Assembly: GCF_006345805.1 (NCBI RefSeq)
Contig: NC_043003.1
Location: 80,662,001-80,726,000, forward strand
DNA: 64,000 bases
Direction: 5' to 3'
Source of the DNA: Octopus sinensis
Taxonomy: Eukaryota
Made by a program: the position numbers and the translations under genes. The notes beneath the pieces are model-generated. The model saw nothing but the letters and a program-made list of their open reading frames with translations, made no database searches and had not been told where the DNA came from. Positions 12,140 to 23,760 of this stretch are shown here, in pieces (the first letter of the stretch is position 1; every line of letters begins with the position of its first letter).

Positions 12140-12825
12140 CTATGATAGGATATGTGTATATGTGTCCTTGTGTTTTATTGCAATTATTAAAAAGTAAACA
12201 TTTCCGATGACCAAACTGGGACGGAAACATGACTTTTGAATGACTAGATGTGAAAGGCAAGCTGCATTAACCACGAATGAGACTTGTAGATTTCTGTCCA
12301 TGTATGTCTGTCCTTATTGTCGGTGTTATAATACTCCGCTGAATATTTGTGATAATGAAAGTTGTAAGAAAACAACATATATTTCTTATAAGATCACCGT
12401 CGTGACCTAGGCTCAATCTGTCATCAGCTATCGTGATTTATCAGAAATACTTGCATGCTTTGTTTCTCTTGCTACTTTCTCATATATCTTTGACCGCCAT
12501 TGACAAGTGTCTGGTATAGGATATGTGGTCAGTGGGGGGTGTTGGGTGACATACTAATAAGAACACTCTCAACAGCAGCTACACTTTTCCCAGAAACACT
12601 ACGTGGATGAGTCTACTCCACCTCATACCTGACAGAAATAGTAAATGTGTGTCCCAGAGCACTAAATGTACTATCTTCATTAAAAGTAAAAGCAGCTTGC
12701 TTTGAAGAAGTTATACACTCCTATACATATGTGTATATATACATACACACATAGACACACACACACACACACACACACATATGATATATTAATATAAATA
12801 GCAGTCTGATTGGTGTTGCTACTGT

Positions 12826-12828
12826 AAT

Positions 12829-12867
<39 letters not shown>

Positions 12868-12886
12868 CACTACTACTACTACCACC

Positions 12887-12930
<44 letters not shown>

Positions 12931-12949
12931 CACTACTACTACTACCACC

Positions 12950-12990
<41 letters not shown>
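12826..12990. repeat. Compound (CTA)n/(CCA)n microsatellite
   Basis: Direct reading. Confidence 0.97.
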
Positions 12991-13616
12991 AAACGTCGCT
13001 ACTGTCACCCCTTTTGTTGATGATACGCAATTTGTTGCTAATTTGCTTTCTGTTAGATATACAAACACATTTGCCACGAGTCTAGAAATATTATACATCA
13101 GTTTAGCCTAACATGCAATAAATTAAATAAAAAAAAAAGAATTGACACATACTAAATGGAAATACATACCTATCTATAAACACGCGGGTGCTCATCCCTC
13201 CTTCTCTCTACTTTTCTCTCTCTCTGTCTCGCTTTCTCTCTTTCTCTCTGTCACTCCCACATTCAATCTTACCGATACACATACCCAAATACGCAGGTGA
13301 CATTAGCGAGATCTTCACATGTATCAGTCATTGCCTGGATTTAAATTAGATTCCAGAATGTGGAAACTCTGCGGCGGCTGAAAGTTTAAACAAACACGGA
13401 TGGTGATGCTCAGTGAAAGATACATTTCGGCATGGATCGTGTGTCTCAGATTACGCTGGGCACAATCAAGAAAAAATACAGAGAATAAACTTAAAATCAG
13501 AAGTGAGAAGCATAAACCCATATCGGGCAGAAAGTCATTGCTTGTTTCGTTTATTATACTCTATACATCCGGCAGTTAAATTGCCTTTTGTGTTATACAT
13601 CGTGTACAGTAGATGG

Positions 13617-13994
13617 AGGCGCAATGGCGCAGTGTTTAGGGCAGCGGACTCGCGGTCGTAGGATTGCGGTTTCGATTCCCAGACCGGGCGTTGTGAGTGT
13701 TTATTGAGCAAAAACGCCTAAAGCTCCACGAGGCTCCGGCAGGGATGGTGGTGATCCCTGCTGTACTCTTTCACCACAACTTTCTCTCACTCTTACTTCC
13801 TGTTTCTGTTGTACCTGTATTTCAAAGGGCCGGCCTTGTCACTCTCTGTGTCACGCTGAATATCCCCAAGAATTACGTTAAGGGTACACGTGTCTGTGGA
13901 ATGCTCAGCCACTTACACGTTAATTTCACGAGCAGGCTGTTCCGTTGATCGGATCAACCGGAACCCTCGTCGTCGTAACCGACTGAGTGCTTCC
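13617..13994 (+). mobile_element. Full-length tRNA-derived SINE with target-site duplication
   Basis: tRNA-like head GGCGCAATGGCGCAGTGTTTAGGGCAGCGGACTCGCGGTCG..GGTTTCGATTCC, about 300 bp unique body, and flanking ACAGTAGATGG (13606-13616) / ACAATAGATGG (13995-14005). Confidence 0.85.
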
Positions 13995-14559
13995 ACAATA
14001 GATGGTATGTAAAATGTTACTCCCAGACTGGGCGCAATATTTCACATCGATCATACATGAATTTTGTGGGATGAAATACCTAAGCGAGGAATAAATATCT
14101 GCTAACTTGAACAGGAAGACTAGTTAGTATTGGGATGAAGCTGAAGATTTAATATGTTCTCAAGTAAGAAAGCATTGCTTCTCGAAAAAGAAAACAGAAA
14201 AGGTTACAAGACGCAACGAAAATTTTAGGAAAACAAAAATTAGAAATAAGTGGAAATTTTACCGGTGAGTGTGTTCCATTATGAGGCATAAAATGAATCT
14301 CCCCAGACTAAACAGAACTTACTCTGATTTTATTTCTAATTGGAGTTATCGTTCGTACACTGCTCCGTGAACTAAGGGGCAATAGATATACTCGTTTCTG
14401 TAAACAAGAAACAAAGAAAACTTACTTAATAGTATGGAGTCATATAATTTATTGGAAATAGAGTCTTCGTAAATTGCTACACCGAGTTTCATGTTTCATA
14501 TCATCTTTGTACTATTATGAAAATTAAAACATAATATTGAATGCGTGGAAAATACTCAA

Positions 14560-16170
14560 AATGCTTAGAATAATATGACTGCTACTGTAATATTGATTAA
14601 ATTACACGGAAATCTCTTTCAATATTGATATTACACAAATATATGCTCCTACGCAAAAACTGAGTGACTGAAGAGGTAGTAGAAATTTAACAAGAAATTC
14701 CAAATTTAATAAAATAGCTAACAGCTGTAGAACCTACAACTGTAATTGCTTCTCGAAAAAGATACTAATGCAAGTCGCTGGAGAAGCATCAATATAACAA
14801 ATCAATAGAAATTAAATGAAGGAATGAAATCTCTAAGTGACATTTCCATTTCTATCAAAGATATACAATGAATCACCAGTACTATATTCGAGCAACGCCC
14901 CCAAGAAGTGTGCAGGTGATATAGCAAGAAATTTAATTGACTAACTACCGAGAAACCAGTGACTGAGAAACAATGTGTAAATTGTTAGAATATGTGATGG
15001 ATCCGATATATTCCAGACAATAATCCAGTGCTAATTAAATTATAAGCATGGAAATGGTTAAATGGCGAGAACAATTAGCTTAAACGTGCTAGAACAGACT
15101 GGTTAATATAAAATGGAAATACGATAAAGTATATTTACATAATGAAGAAGGAATAGAAAACTATATATCAAAGAATAAAATATAATAATGGAGAAAAATG
15201 TAGCGCAATGGAAACTTTTATACAAATATTATGAGAGCAAACAATGGCTGAAAGGGGAAAAGAGTAAAAGTGGATAACCGATGAAATTCTATTAAAATGA
15301 CAAGAAGAAATTATAGAAATAAAGTAATGTACATATAAAACCTTTAAACAAAGATCTGCTTTGAATGAAGGAAGAATGGCTGGATGATTAGCAAATTCCA
15401 TGAAGTTGAAAAGCTTAATAACTAGCATAAATTCAACCAAATGTGTGGTAAAAATAAATGAGATCGCTTTCAAGGAAAAACTCAGTTAACAAAGTGAGAA
15501 AAAATGGGAAACATACTGTTTGATCATGAGCAGATTGCATGTGGATGAACTGAATACAGAAATGAACTGAACGATGATGAACGCAGACCGCCTATGGTCA
15601 ATTTCAAAGCAAGCTTGTAATGGAAATGAAATCGTAAAAGAAGAGGTACAAAGGCATTGAATTCAATGGGAAATGGAATGGCAACTGGGGCAGATGAAAT
15701 AACAGAAGCATTTGCAGCATCAGATAATCACAATTTAGATCGAATATGAACTTCGTGTAAAATAACAAAGAAAGAAAAAAAAAAAAATAGGACGTGTACC
15801 AATCGAGATGAAAAAATCTAGCTTCCTTTTTTACTAAATATACCAAATGTTCAAACCTGATCAGCGTTTAAAACTATATACCGAATCAGTCATGTGGCAG
15901 AACTTGGTAAAACTACCCATCATATAAATTGCATTAAAATCTACTCATCATATAATTGGATTAAGAGTAAATTAAGCAATCAACCATTAATAGCATCTCC
16001 TGGAAAATATTTAAGCTAAGAACTTTATGTAAAAGTACTTTGAATAAATTTGAGTTTACTTCAAATACTTTATAAACTATAACAAGATATTTGGCATGGA
16101 AAGATGATCGATTACACCAGAACACGAGATATGCAATTGAAAGCAATGCAACATTCCTTTAGACTCTCTT
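14560..16170 (+). mobile_element. Highly degenerate RTE-clade LINE (APE endonuclease to start of RT)
   Basis: Scattered motifs FNIDITQIYAPT, DNNPVLIKL, WITDEIL, KEEWLDD, GNILFDHEQI, EIVKEEV..MGNGMATGADEI and a TRD-AI-like segment. Confidence 0.65.
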
Positions 16171-16317
16171 TTGATGAAAATACTGTCCTTCTATCTAACA
16201 GTGTGTACATGTGCGCGCACGAGTGCGAGTGTGAGTATGTATACGTGTGTATTCTTTTACATGCTAACTTAAATCCTACATAGTAGGATTTTTGTCATTT
16301 TGGTCGTTTCCTCACAG

Positions 16318-16360
<43 letters not shown>

Positions 16361-16884
16361 TTTATCAGATATATGGGCCCTCTAACTATTGATTCAACGA
16401 TTTGATGGAGACGCATCTCTCGTAATTTTCAACAATTTTGGTGCTGCTTGTTTAATTTCAAGCACTTAACTATTAAGTTTATTCCTGATAAACTATTTGA
16501 TGACACTAATTTTCATCTAGTATTACTTCCCATTCCTATTCTTTTTGGCAGTCATCTACACTAAAGTTTTAGAAATGCTTTTGTTTGTCGTCTACATACT
16601 GTATATAAAATTAAATATATTTGACAGTTCAAAAGTTGATATATAATGGGTGGACTTATTTCCAGTAGATAAGTTCTCTGATGTTCATGTTTTCTTAGGC
16701 AAAAATTTGATAATGTCTCCCATTTAAGGAAAAAGAACTGGCAGCTAAGCCTTTAAGTGGTAACGACTAAAATAAAGGAAATCGTGTTTTATTGTTAATT
16801 TACTAAGAAGCGAACGTTTGGCTTGCAGCATGTCAATAACTCAGAGAAATATAGTACTATATTTAAAAGATGAGGGCCCAGTAA

Positions 16885-17195
16885 GAGTTTTTTTCTGGTC
16901 GAGTAGCCCATCCCACTCAAAAGGTCTCTGAATAAGGATCGTTTAAGGATGTTGAACGAAACACCCATGTTTCCAGCGGTGAATTATTCAAACCCCAAAG
17001 AATACCTCTCAACACATGGCTATGATGCTCCCTCACTACTTCTGCTCGTGATCACAGATGCACATATCATCAGCCACTAAGGGACATGCTCAACTGGTTA
17101 TGGTCAAACAACTGGCAAGCAAATCTGTGGTATTGAGCAGAATATTTTCTGTAGCCCATCTTTTATACCAAGACAAAACAATGTACATGATAACA
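16885..17195 (-). mobile_element. Interspersed repeat family U, partial
   Basis: Reverse complement matches 17400-17700. Confidence 0.8.
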
Positions 17196-17354
17196 TTTAC
17201 CTGTGAATTTGCGTGTGTAATCTGGGAATGCACGCAATGAGCTTCTCTGACCTAGGTTTACGGAAAATACTCGGTGAGAAATGGAAGAAAATTTGAAGAA
17301 GGAAGGAAAAAAATATAAATAATAATAATGATAGTAATTCTCTGATGCAGTGCC

Positions 17355-17905
17355 AGGCCGTGGCTTTCATGGCTTCTGATCTTAACTGATTGGAAGTGTT
17401 ATGATAAACATTGTTTCGTCTTGGTATTTAAAGATATGCTACAGTAAATATTCTACTTAATATCACAAATCTGCTTGTCATTTCTTTTACCTCAACCAGT
17501 TGAACATGTTGCTTAGTGGCTGACGATATATGCATTTCTGATTACGGACAGAAGTAGTGGGGGAGAATTATACCTATGTTTTGAGAGGAATTCCATGGGC
17601 TTTGAATAATACACCTCTGAAAATATGGGTGATTTGTTCATCATACTTAAACCTTACTCAGGGAAACTTTGAGCGGGATGAGCTACTCAACCTAAGGGAA
17701 ATTCTAACTGGGCCCCAACTGCAAGATCATGCGCTGTATATTTTGATATGAGATAACCATATGGCGCACACATGGTTGTGTTGCATGTACCTGGTGTACC
17801 CTTATAAACGGGTAGTCATGACGAGCATATTGGGCTTCGTATATTTGTACCCCAATGTCACTTTGATGGCATGCACTGCTTTCTCATTCAATAATAATAA
17901 TAATA
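17355..17905 (+). mobile_element. Interspersed repeat family U, longest copy, ending in (AAT)n tail
   Basis: Homology to three other copies. The AAT tail suggests a retroposed element. Confidence 0.8.
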
Positions 17906-18105
17906 ATTGGAATAAGGTCTGAGATTGTGGGGTGAGGCTTGTCGCTTTCATCGACCCCAGTGCAGAACTGAGATTTAATTCAATGACGACTACAGAATGA
18001 CAGCAAAGTTGACCACGGCGGGATTTGAACTCAGAACATAAAGACGGACGAAATGCCACTAACCAATTTACCCAGCCTGCTATCGATTCTGCCAAGCTCA
18101 CCGCC
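17905..18105 (-). mobile_element. SINE 'family B' (Meta/MESC-like central domain)
   Basis: Minus strand GGCGGTGAGCTTGGCAGAATC..TTCTGAGTTCAAATCCCGCCG, followed by a GTCGAT-containing body. Confidence 0.8.
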
Positions 18106-18164
18106 TTAATAATAACAATAAGAACGACGACGACAGCAACTGCAACAACAATAATAATAATGAC

Positions 18165-18390
18165 TTCACATTTTGGCACAGGGCCAGCAGTGTTGGGAGA
18201 AGGGAACAAGTCGATTACATCGACCCAGTACTAAACTGTTACTTATTTTATCGACCCTGAAAGGATGAATGTCAAAGTCGACAAATGGCAAAGTTGACCT
18301 CGGCTGAATTTGAACTACGAACGTAAAGACAGACAACATGCCGCTAAGTAATTTTACCGGTGTGCTAACTATTCCGCCAGCTCATTGCCT
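18165..18390 (-). mobile_element. SINE family B
   Basis: GTTCAAATTCAGCCGAGGTCAACTTTGCC..CATCCTTTCAGGGTCGATAAAATAAGT..GGGTCGATGTAATCGACTT. Confidence 0.85.
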
Positions 18391-18565
18391 TAATAATAAC
18401 AATAACGACAACAATAGCAACCATAATAATAACAAATAATAATCATAATAACTTACACGTATCGTAAAATCCATATATAATCCATGTGAAATCCATTTAC
18501 AATAATTTATACATGAATTTCGCAGGTTGTCACTGAAATGGGTTAGTAAAAATTTCAGACAACTT

Positions 18566-18905
18566 CGATTTAAAAACTGAATGTGATCACTACAACACCT
18601 GTGTCATCTCGATTCAAAAACTGAATGTGATCACTACAACACCTGTGTCATCTCTTGTGAAAGGTAAGAGAGTCCAGTTTGTTGGACATTGTTGTAGAGC
18701 TGAAAAAGAGGTAATTTCTACTCTTCTCCTCTGGAAGCTATCTACTCGCAATACCAGAGGGCGCACACTCTCCTACCCTGATGTAATCTCCAGGGATACA
18801 GGCATCCAGCAACAGGACCTCCGTAATGCCATGATGGACCGTGAAGTCTGGCGTAGCATTGTAAATTCAATTGTCTCGACCACGGTGGAACAATGATGAT
18901 GATGA
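18566..18905 (+). mobile_element. RTE/RTEX-type LINE 3' end, 5'-truncated, (TGA)n tail
   Basis: ORF 18627-18896 (KRVQFVGHCCRAEKEVISTLLLWK..SYPDVISRDTGI..AMMDREVWR) is a typical RTE C-terminus. Confidence 0.8.
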
Positions 18906-19475
18906 CAACACTTGCTAGACTTTTGCCAACATTAGAAAAGATTAGAAGTCTGTGGATTTGTAGAATCAAGTAGCAAGCCTTCTCATTAAAGCATTCAGCT
19001 CCGTTGACTTCTTGTACAGATTTACCATCGATAGTTTCTTTGACGATGCATCAGAATTTTTATGAAGACTGTTGCCCCCACCACTCAATTCCATTTGATA
19101 TGTATCGCAACTCTGCTTTAATCTCCTGTTCCATCACGAATAAAAGCTTTTGAACACGAAGTATTGTAAATATATTTTAGATATTTCATTTTTTAAAAAT
19201 CGCACTGTCACAGCTTCACTTACTAAAATCATAGTTTCATAGACATTGTCATAAAAAATACATTCACAAAAACACATAAAATCATATACCTGTATGCGTG
19301 TTTTACGTACATGCAAAAACACACAAACGCACACGCACGCGCACACACACATCAATTACATTGAAATATATATTTACACACCTTACATATTTTGAATATA
19401 AATAGGCATTAAACGATTCTATATGTTTGGTTATACTAATATATAAATATAATACTATGTTTAATTGTACGTATG

Positions 19476-19535
<60 letters not shown>

Positions 19536-19538
19536 TAT

Positions 19539-20371
19539 ATAGAGTGTCGCCTTCTAATGTTTTTAATTTCGCGCATGCCCATTTTTTGTTTATAATTTTG
19601 TCGATTACACAGTATAGTAGGGTCAGTTGGGCACCGCCTGTGAGATAAACAACACCATAATGCAATTCACTCTGCCAGAAATTTGGAAACGTCATGCTGT
19701 TTTTCTTGGCATTCACGCTGGAAGCTCCAATTCGAACATTTAAGAGAGTTTCGATGTCAATCTGAGGACAGTGCAATCCAAGGCATGTACTGAGAGTGAT
19801 GAGTATCAAACATCCAGTCAACATCATGGTGTTTGGAGTGATCACTAGTGGTGGCGACGTTATGCCTCTATTCATCTTCTCACGCGGCTTCTGAACCAAG
19901 TGCCTGGAGGAGGTTATGCTACCCTGGGTGAAGACGGTAGTTGCTGGAAGATCCTATGTCTGGCAAAATGGCTCTGTAACGTGCCACACAAGCAGGAAAC
20001 TCCAGCCTGGCCGTCAGATAATTTCTGCAACCACATCACACCTAGCATCTTGCCACCTAACTCTCCAGATTGCAACCCCCTTGATTATTACGTGCGGGGA
20101 TCAAAGATATCCCTTGTAACAAAAAAGATGAACTGAAAGTAAGGATTATGGCAGCATTCACCAAATTAAACAGGGAAACCGTCCAGAAGGATTGCACGAT
20201 ATACTTAAGTTGTCTGGAGGCCGCATTTGAGGCGAATGGCGATTATATTGAATAAATTTACAGTTTCGTGTTTCAAGATATTCTTCTGTAATATTCTTAA
20301 ATGTATATGTTAAAATGAGATGTTACTGTTATTCTCTTTTTGCGTAATTTAGACACAATACACCAACTGTA
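19539..20371 (+). mobile_element. Internally deleted Tc1/mariner-superfamily element, maT/DD37D-like
   Basis: KHPVNIMVFGVITSGGDVMP..VMLPWVKTVVAGRSYVWQ..CHTSRK..PPNSPDCNPLDYYV..LEAAFEANGDYIE*. An N-terminal stub begins at ATG 19660. TIRs are only weakly recognisable. Confidence 0.75.
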
Positions 20372-20381
20372 TCACTACCTG

Positions 20382-20428
<47 letters not shown>

Positions 20429-20489
20429 ACATCTATCTATTTATCTGTCTGTCTATCTATCTATATATCTATCTATCTATCTATCTGTG

Positions 20490-20543
<54 letters not shown>

Positions 20544-20619
20544 ATATAATATATACAATATATTACAAAACCCATATATATTACATATACATATGTATAT
20601 ATATATATATATTATATAT

Positions 20620-20665
<46 letters not shown>

Positions 20666-20727
20666 TATATATACATATATATATATATATGTATATATAT
20701 GTATATATATGTATGTATGTGTGTGTG

Positions 20728-20763
<36 letters not shown>

Positions 20764-20765
20764 TC
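20382..20765. repeat. (CTAT)n and (TA)n microsatellite block
   Basis: Direct reading. Confidence 0.97.
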
Positions 20766-20864
20766 AATATCAGGGTAGAAAAAAATCCAAGAGAATTTTT
20801 TCGCCACCAGCGGTCCAGTGAGAAAGAAAAAAAATAGTCAACAAACTATATATAATATACATTC

Positions 20865-21053
20865 AACAATATTAAGGAATGGCCTTGATAGGCCATTCGA
20901 CCCACTAGAAAGAGCAACTAAACTCAAACCGCTAAATAGTTGTAATTCAGAAATCAAACCCTTAGATTTCTGAATTACAACTATTTAGTGGTTTGAGTTT
21001 AGCTGCTCTTTCTAGTGGGTCGAGTGGCCTATCAAGGCCATTCCTTAATATTG

Positions 21054-21055
<2 letters not shown>
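20865..21055. repeat. Near-perfect fold-back: 91-bp arms, 9-nt loop
   Basis: 20865-20955 is the reverse complement of 20965-21055 with 3 differences. Confidence 0.95.
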
Positions 21056-21126
<71 letters not shown>

Positions 21127-21454
21127 GCATACATATACACACACATATTCACAGACAGACGGATAGATACATAGATAAATAGATGGATAGATGCACACAA
21201 AACCTTGTATTAGGTTACATTTCTTCTCTGAAATATAAAGAACTTTGATATATTCTTAGACGATGGTTCACGGAAAAACTAGCTTGCTTGGTTCATCTTT
21301 TATTTAAAAAAAGGCCTTCATATCAGCACCGTGCCATCTACTTACCCGATACCAGTGAAGACCTAATATGAATAAGTAAAATTTTCAATCTTCAGCGGGA
21401 CTGGTGATCATTCAATTCTTTATAATTTATGAAACATAATATATATATTATGGT

Positions 21455-21488
<34 letters not shown>

Positions 21489-23539
21489 CCACACACATGC
21501 ATACATACACACTTGCGCACGCGGACACAAACACACACATACACAGATAACTGCTTTCTCTGCATGCGTGTTCTTATAATAATATTATATGAACACGCTG
21601 TAACTCTCGATGACAACCACAAGAAGAATATATGTAAATTATTGCATTCGTTACGATTATTCTCACATTTCACTGTGATGCGAATGAAGAGATGAATTAT
21701 GAAAGATATTGTGGACAAGATGCATGTAACTTGAGCTAATAAGCAGCAAAAGCACTCCACGAACTAATACTTATCGATACGTTATTGCATGTTCTTCTTA
21801 CGCGTGGAAAGCTCACCTTAAATTTCTTTTGTATTGTTGACATAGTACATCTACATATGTTAATACCACTTTTTTTTCCCAGTTCAAGGATACTTCGAAA
21901 TTCCTAATGAAAGCTACATATCAAAACCGTACCTAAACGCCATAGGAAAGAGTCCATCTCTAACTGAACGTAGATTAATTGGACTGTCATTCAATGACCA
22001 ACTTACTAAGGACTGATTTCAATTTTTTGTTTACTTTTCCTTGTATAAATTCGTCCAAATGATTTCCTAGATGGTACCGTATGCTGATCGCTGTTATCAA
22101 TGTAATAATTAGCATTCTGATATGAAACGTACTTCACTCTCAGGAGTCAAGCTCATTAATATAGCTACAGCACGACACTAATGATATCGAACTGGATAAA
22201 CATGGAACAAAATAGATAAATATCAAGGTCATCAATTGAATGAATCACCTATGAATTCACTCATCGAAGATTATTATCAAATATACATATATTTTAATTG
22301 AAACGTATTACTATACAGGGGTTAAATCAATTATATGATAACACTCAAATAACTGTGTATTGCGTTGTGTCAGTGTGTTTCACTATTTTCTATTCATATT
22401 ATTACGAAGTTGAAATAGATGGCGGGTTTGCAGACTCGCTGGAGCGTCGGATAAATATCCTGTGGAATGTAATCTGGTTATTGATATTCTGAGTTCAAGT
22501 CTCAGCCTTATTATGGTTGTCGTTTAACCCACTAGAGTCAATGAAATAGAGTACCAGTCAAACGCAGCAATTTCAGAGCAAACATTACCCGAAGCCTAAT
22601 GCATTGTTTCAAATTGCTGGACTTACTACCCTTATATTAGAATTGATTAAAGCCTTGTGGATTGTAAAATTTTAGGGATTAGAACAGCGTGTCTCCCTGC
22701 ATTTCGTCTGGTTATTTTTCCTTCTTAAATGACCTCACTACGGTCAGCTTTGTCATTATTCCTTTGGCAGTTGATAAAATAAAGAAGCGGTCAAGTACTA
22801 AGTTTGTTGGTATCAACTAATACGCCGATCTGTACCTATATCGGAAACGATCAGAAGTTGAGTTCTCTATTTATCTCTATGTACATGACCTAATAAAAGG
22901 ATTGGCGGCGTTGATTGAAGGAAAAATATTCCTTGATTAAAGGAAAAAATGCTTGATTGAAAAAAAAAATGTATCGTCATTCAACAGATCTGCTTTGATC
23001 GCTGCATCAAAGTAAACTCTACGGCCAAGAACAACAAGGGCTAGATATTAGTGCAGTACCGGTAGAGAGATAAAGACTGGAGGCCAAGAGCTGGAACGGT
23101 TAATCCGACGAGATTTTACACACTTTCTATCTACCAGGTTGTACAGAATGATCCAGTTGACCTGAGTAGAAAGCTGTGCTATGCACTGAAAAGTGATATT
23201 TTTAAACACGTAGGTATGTCTCTTAATCCTTGTACTTCACCCTCTAAACTATGTAAGATTGAAAGGTAGATTGCAGTACAAACTATCTTCCAGTATTTAG
23301 CTTCGAACATTTGTATTCTGATTTCAAATCTGACATGCTTTCGACTTTTCTTTTAATCTCTCCTAGCATAGCCTGAACAAAATAAGTCCTGCGTTGCTAT
23401 AAGTGGTTATATCCCGTTTCTCCAAAATGGAAAAAGCCAATAATAAATGCAATGTTTTACTTTATTATTCCTTAATACAAAAATTATATTTACTGAAGAT
23501 TAAAAATAAGCAAAAACGAAAACAATACGTAATTTTTCC

Positions 23540-23760
23540 CGAATAGTCTTAGCATGAAGCATTGTTGGCATCGTGTTAATCTCATAGAGGTATTTGAGGA
23601 ATTTTGTGAGAGAATTGGTTTAACCCTCATTAAATATTTGTCCAATTTGTTTCTAAAGTTTGAAATCAGAAAAGGGATTAAAAAGTGCTTTCATTAATCC
23701 AGGAATATGGAGAGTTATAGTTATCTCAACAGGAATTCCTATGATAAAGCCTTGAATTTA
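23540..23760 (-). mobile_element. Possible CR1/L2-group LINE 3' remnant
   Basis: Minus strand FRNKLDKYLMRVKP resembles the FKxxLDKxL terminal motif. The rest is very degenerate. Confidence 0.3.

Noticed and set aside
13617-13690. tRNA-like sequence as a tRNA gene
   Set aside because: No clean acceptor stem or terminator. It continues into a ~300-bp SINE body and has a TSD.
14174-14762. 18-bp direct repeat ATTGCTTCTCGAAAAAGA as a TSD of an insertion
   Set aside because: The enclosed segment contains part of the RTE endonuclease that continues beyond the second repeat, so it does not delimit a clean insert.
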